Shown one piece after another: positions 63,350 through 64,000 of a DNA stretch of 64,000 nucleotides; the stretch's first letter is position 1, and every line of letters begins with the position of its first letter. The DNA is from Octopus sinensis. Its lineage: Eukaryota. The notes under the pieces were generated by a model that saw only the letters and a list, made by a program, of their open reading frames with translations, made no database searches and was not told the DNA's origin. The stretch lies in contig NC_043010.1 in NCBI RefSeq assembly GCF_006345805.1, positions 4,836,001 through 4,900,000 on the forward strand. The letters are read 5' to 3'. The position numbers and the translations under genes were made by a program.

Positions 63350-64000
63350 CTGAAGACTCATGGATAAAAAAAATAAAAGAGATTGGTCAAAAACAAAAAC
63401 AACTACGAGAACAAAACAAAACGAAATAAATAATTAAAATAAAATAGCTAAGATGAAGTTGATGGGGTTGGTGGTGTGGTGGTGGAGTTTGCAGTATTGT
63501 TGTAGTTGGCAGTGGTGGTGGTGGTATTGTGAGGACAAATTAGAAAGCGTTATTCAACTGAGAAAAGTAAATTGTGTTTCATAAATCTATACATACATTG
63601 CAGCAATCAATGATCACTTGTCACGTTGTATTGTAACAAAGATAATTGGATATCAATATAGAAATTAGGATGGAGACAGCTGAATTACACAGTTCAATGA
63701 TTTCTGCAGATGAGAAGATACAATCTTGGTTTTTTTGGGGGGGCTTTTTTTTTGTATAAAAATTTCTAAATCATTAAAACATAAATATCAATCTTCCTCT
63801 GCCAAAGTATAATAGACACACATACTCTCTCTTTCTCTCACTCCATAAAAGAAAAATACTATTCTTATACAAAAATTTTAGTGGGGTTTATCTCTGTTCT
63901 GAATGAGTAAATGAAAGGATGAATGAAGGTACGAAAAAGAAAAAAAATTGCAAGTATAAGACCCTCAGTAAAGGTTAAATATATAATGCTAATCAATAAT

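Overview
AT-rich, repeat-saturated eukaryotic window. Its SINE repertoire points to an octopus (cephalopod) genome; that is inference from recalled repeat families, not a database result. There is no complete protein-coding gene, and almost every ORF in the supplied track is a translated microsatellite. What the sequence supports: (1) dozens of SINE copies built from a few shuffled modules. Working labels: A = GGAGTGGCTGTGTGG tRNA/CORE-type head; B = AAGGCGGCGAGCTGGCAGAA head; C = (ATG)n-tailed element with AGGAAGGGCATCC; D = GGAGGCGCATGGC tRNA head. (2) LINE relics of the CR1, RTE and R4/Dong types. (3) A full-length decayed Tc1 with TIRs, plus mariner, hAT, pogo-type MITE, Helitron and Helentron-like relics. 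(4) Large micro- and minisatellites and a 100-N scaffold gap. (5) Probably the last two exons of an unidentified minus-strand gene at 62.3-63.35 kb, and a CpG-rich promoter-like patch at about 22.8 kb. The most interesting signal is a set of minimal type-I hammerhead-ribozyme motifs (CUGAUGA...GAAA with palindromic helix III). These include a direct pair 404 bp apart with an inverted third copy (32.2-32.8 kb) and a copy inside a 142-bp inverted duplication (11.4-11.7 kb), an architecture like Penelope pLTRs or retrozymes. Also notable are SINE-B dimers that all share one junction, and several local inverted duplications with template-switch signatures. All coordinates were read by eye and may be off by a few bases.
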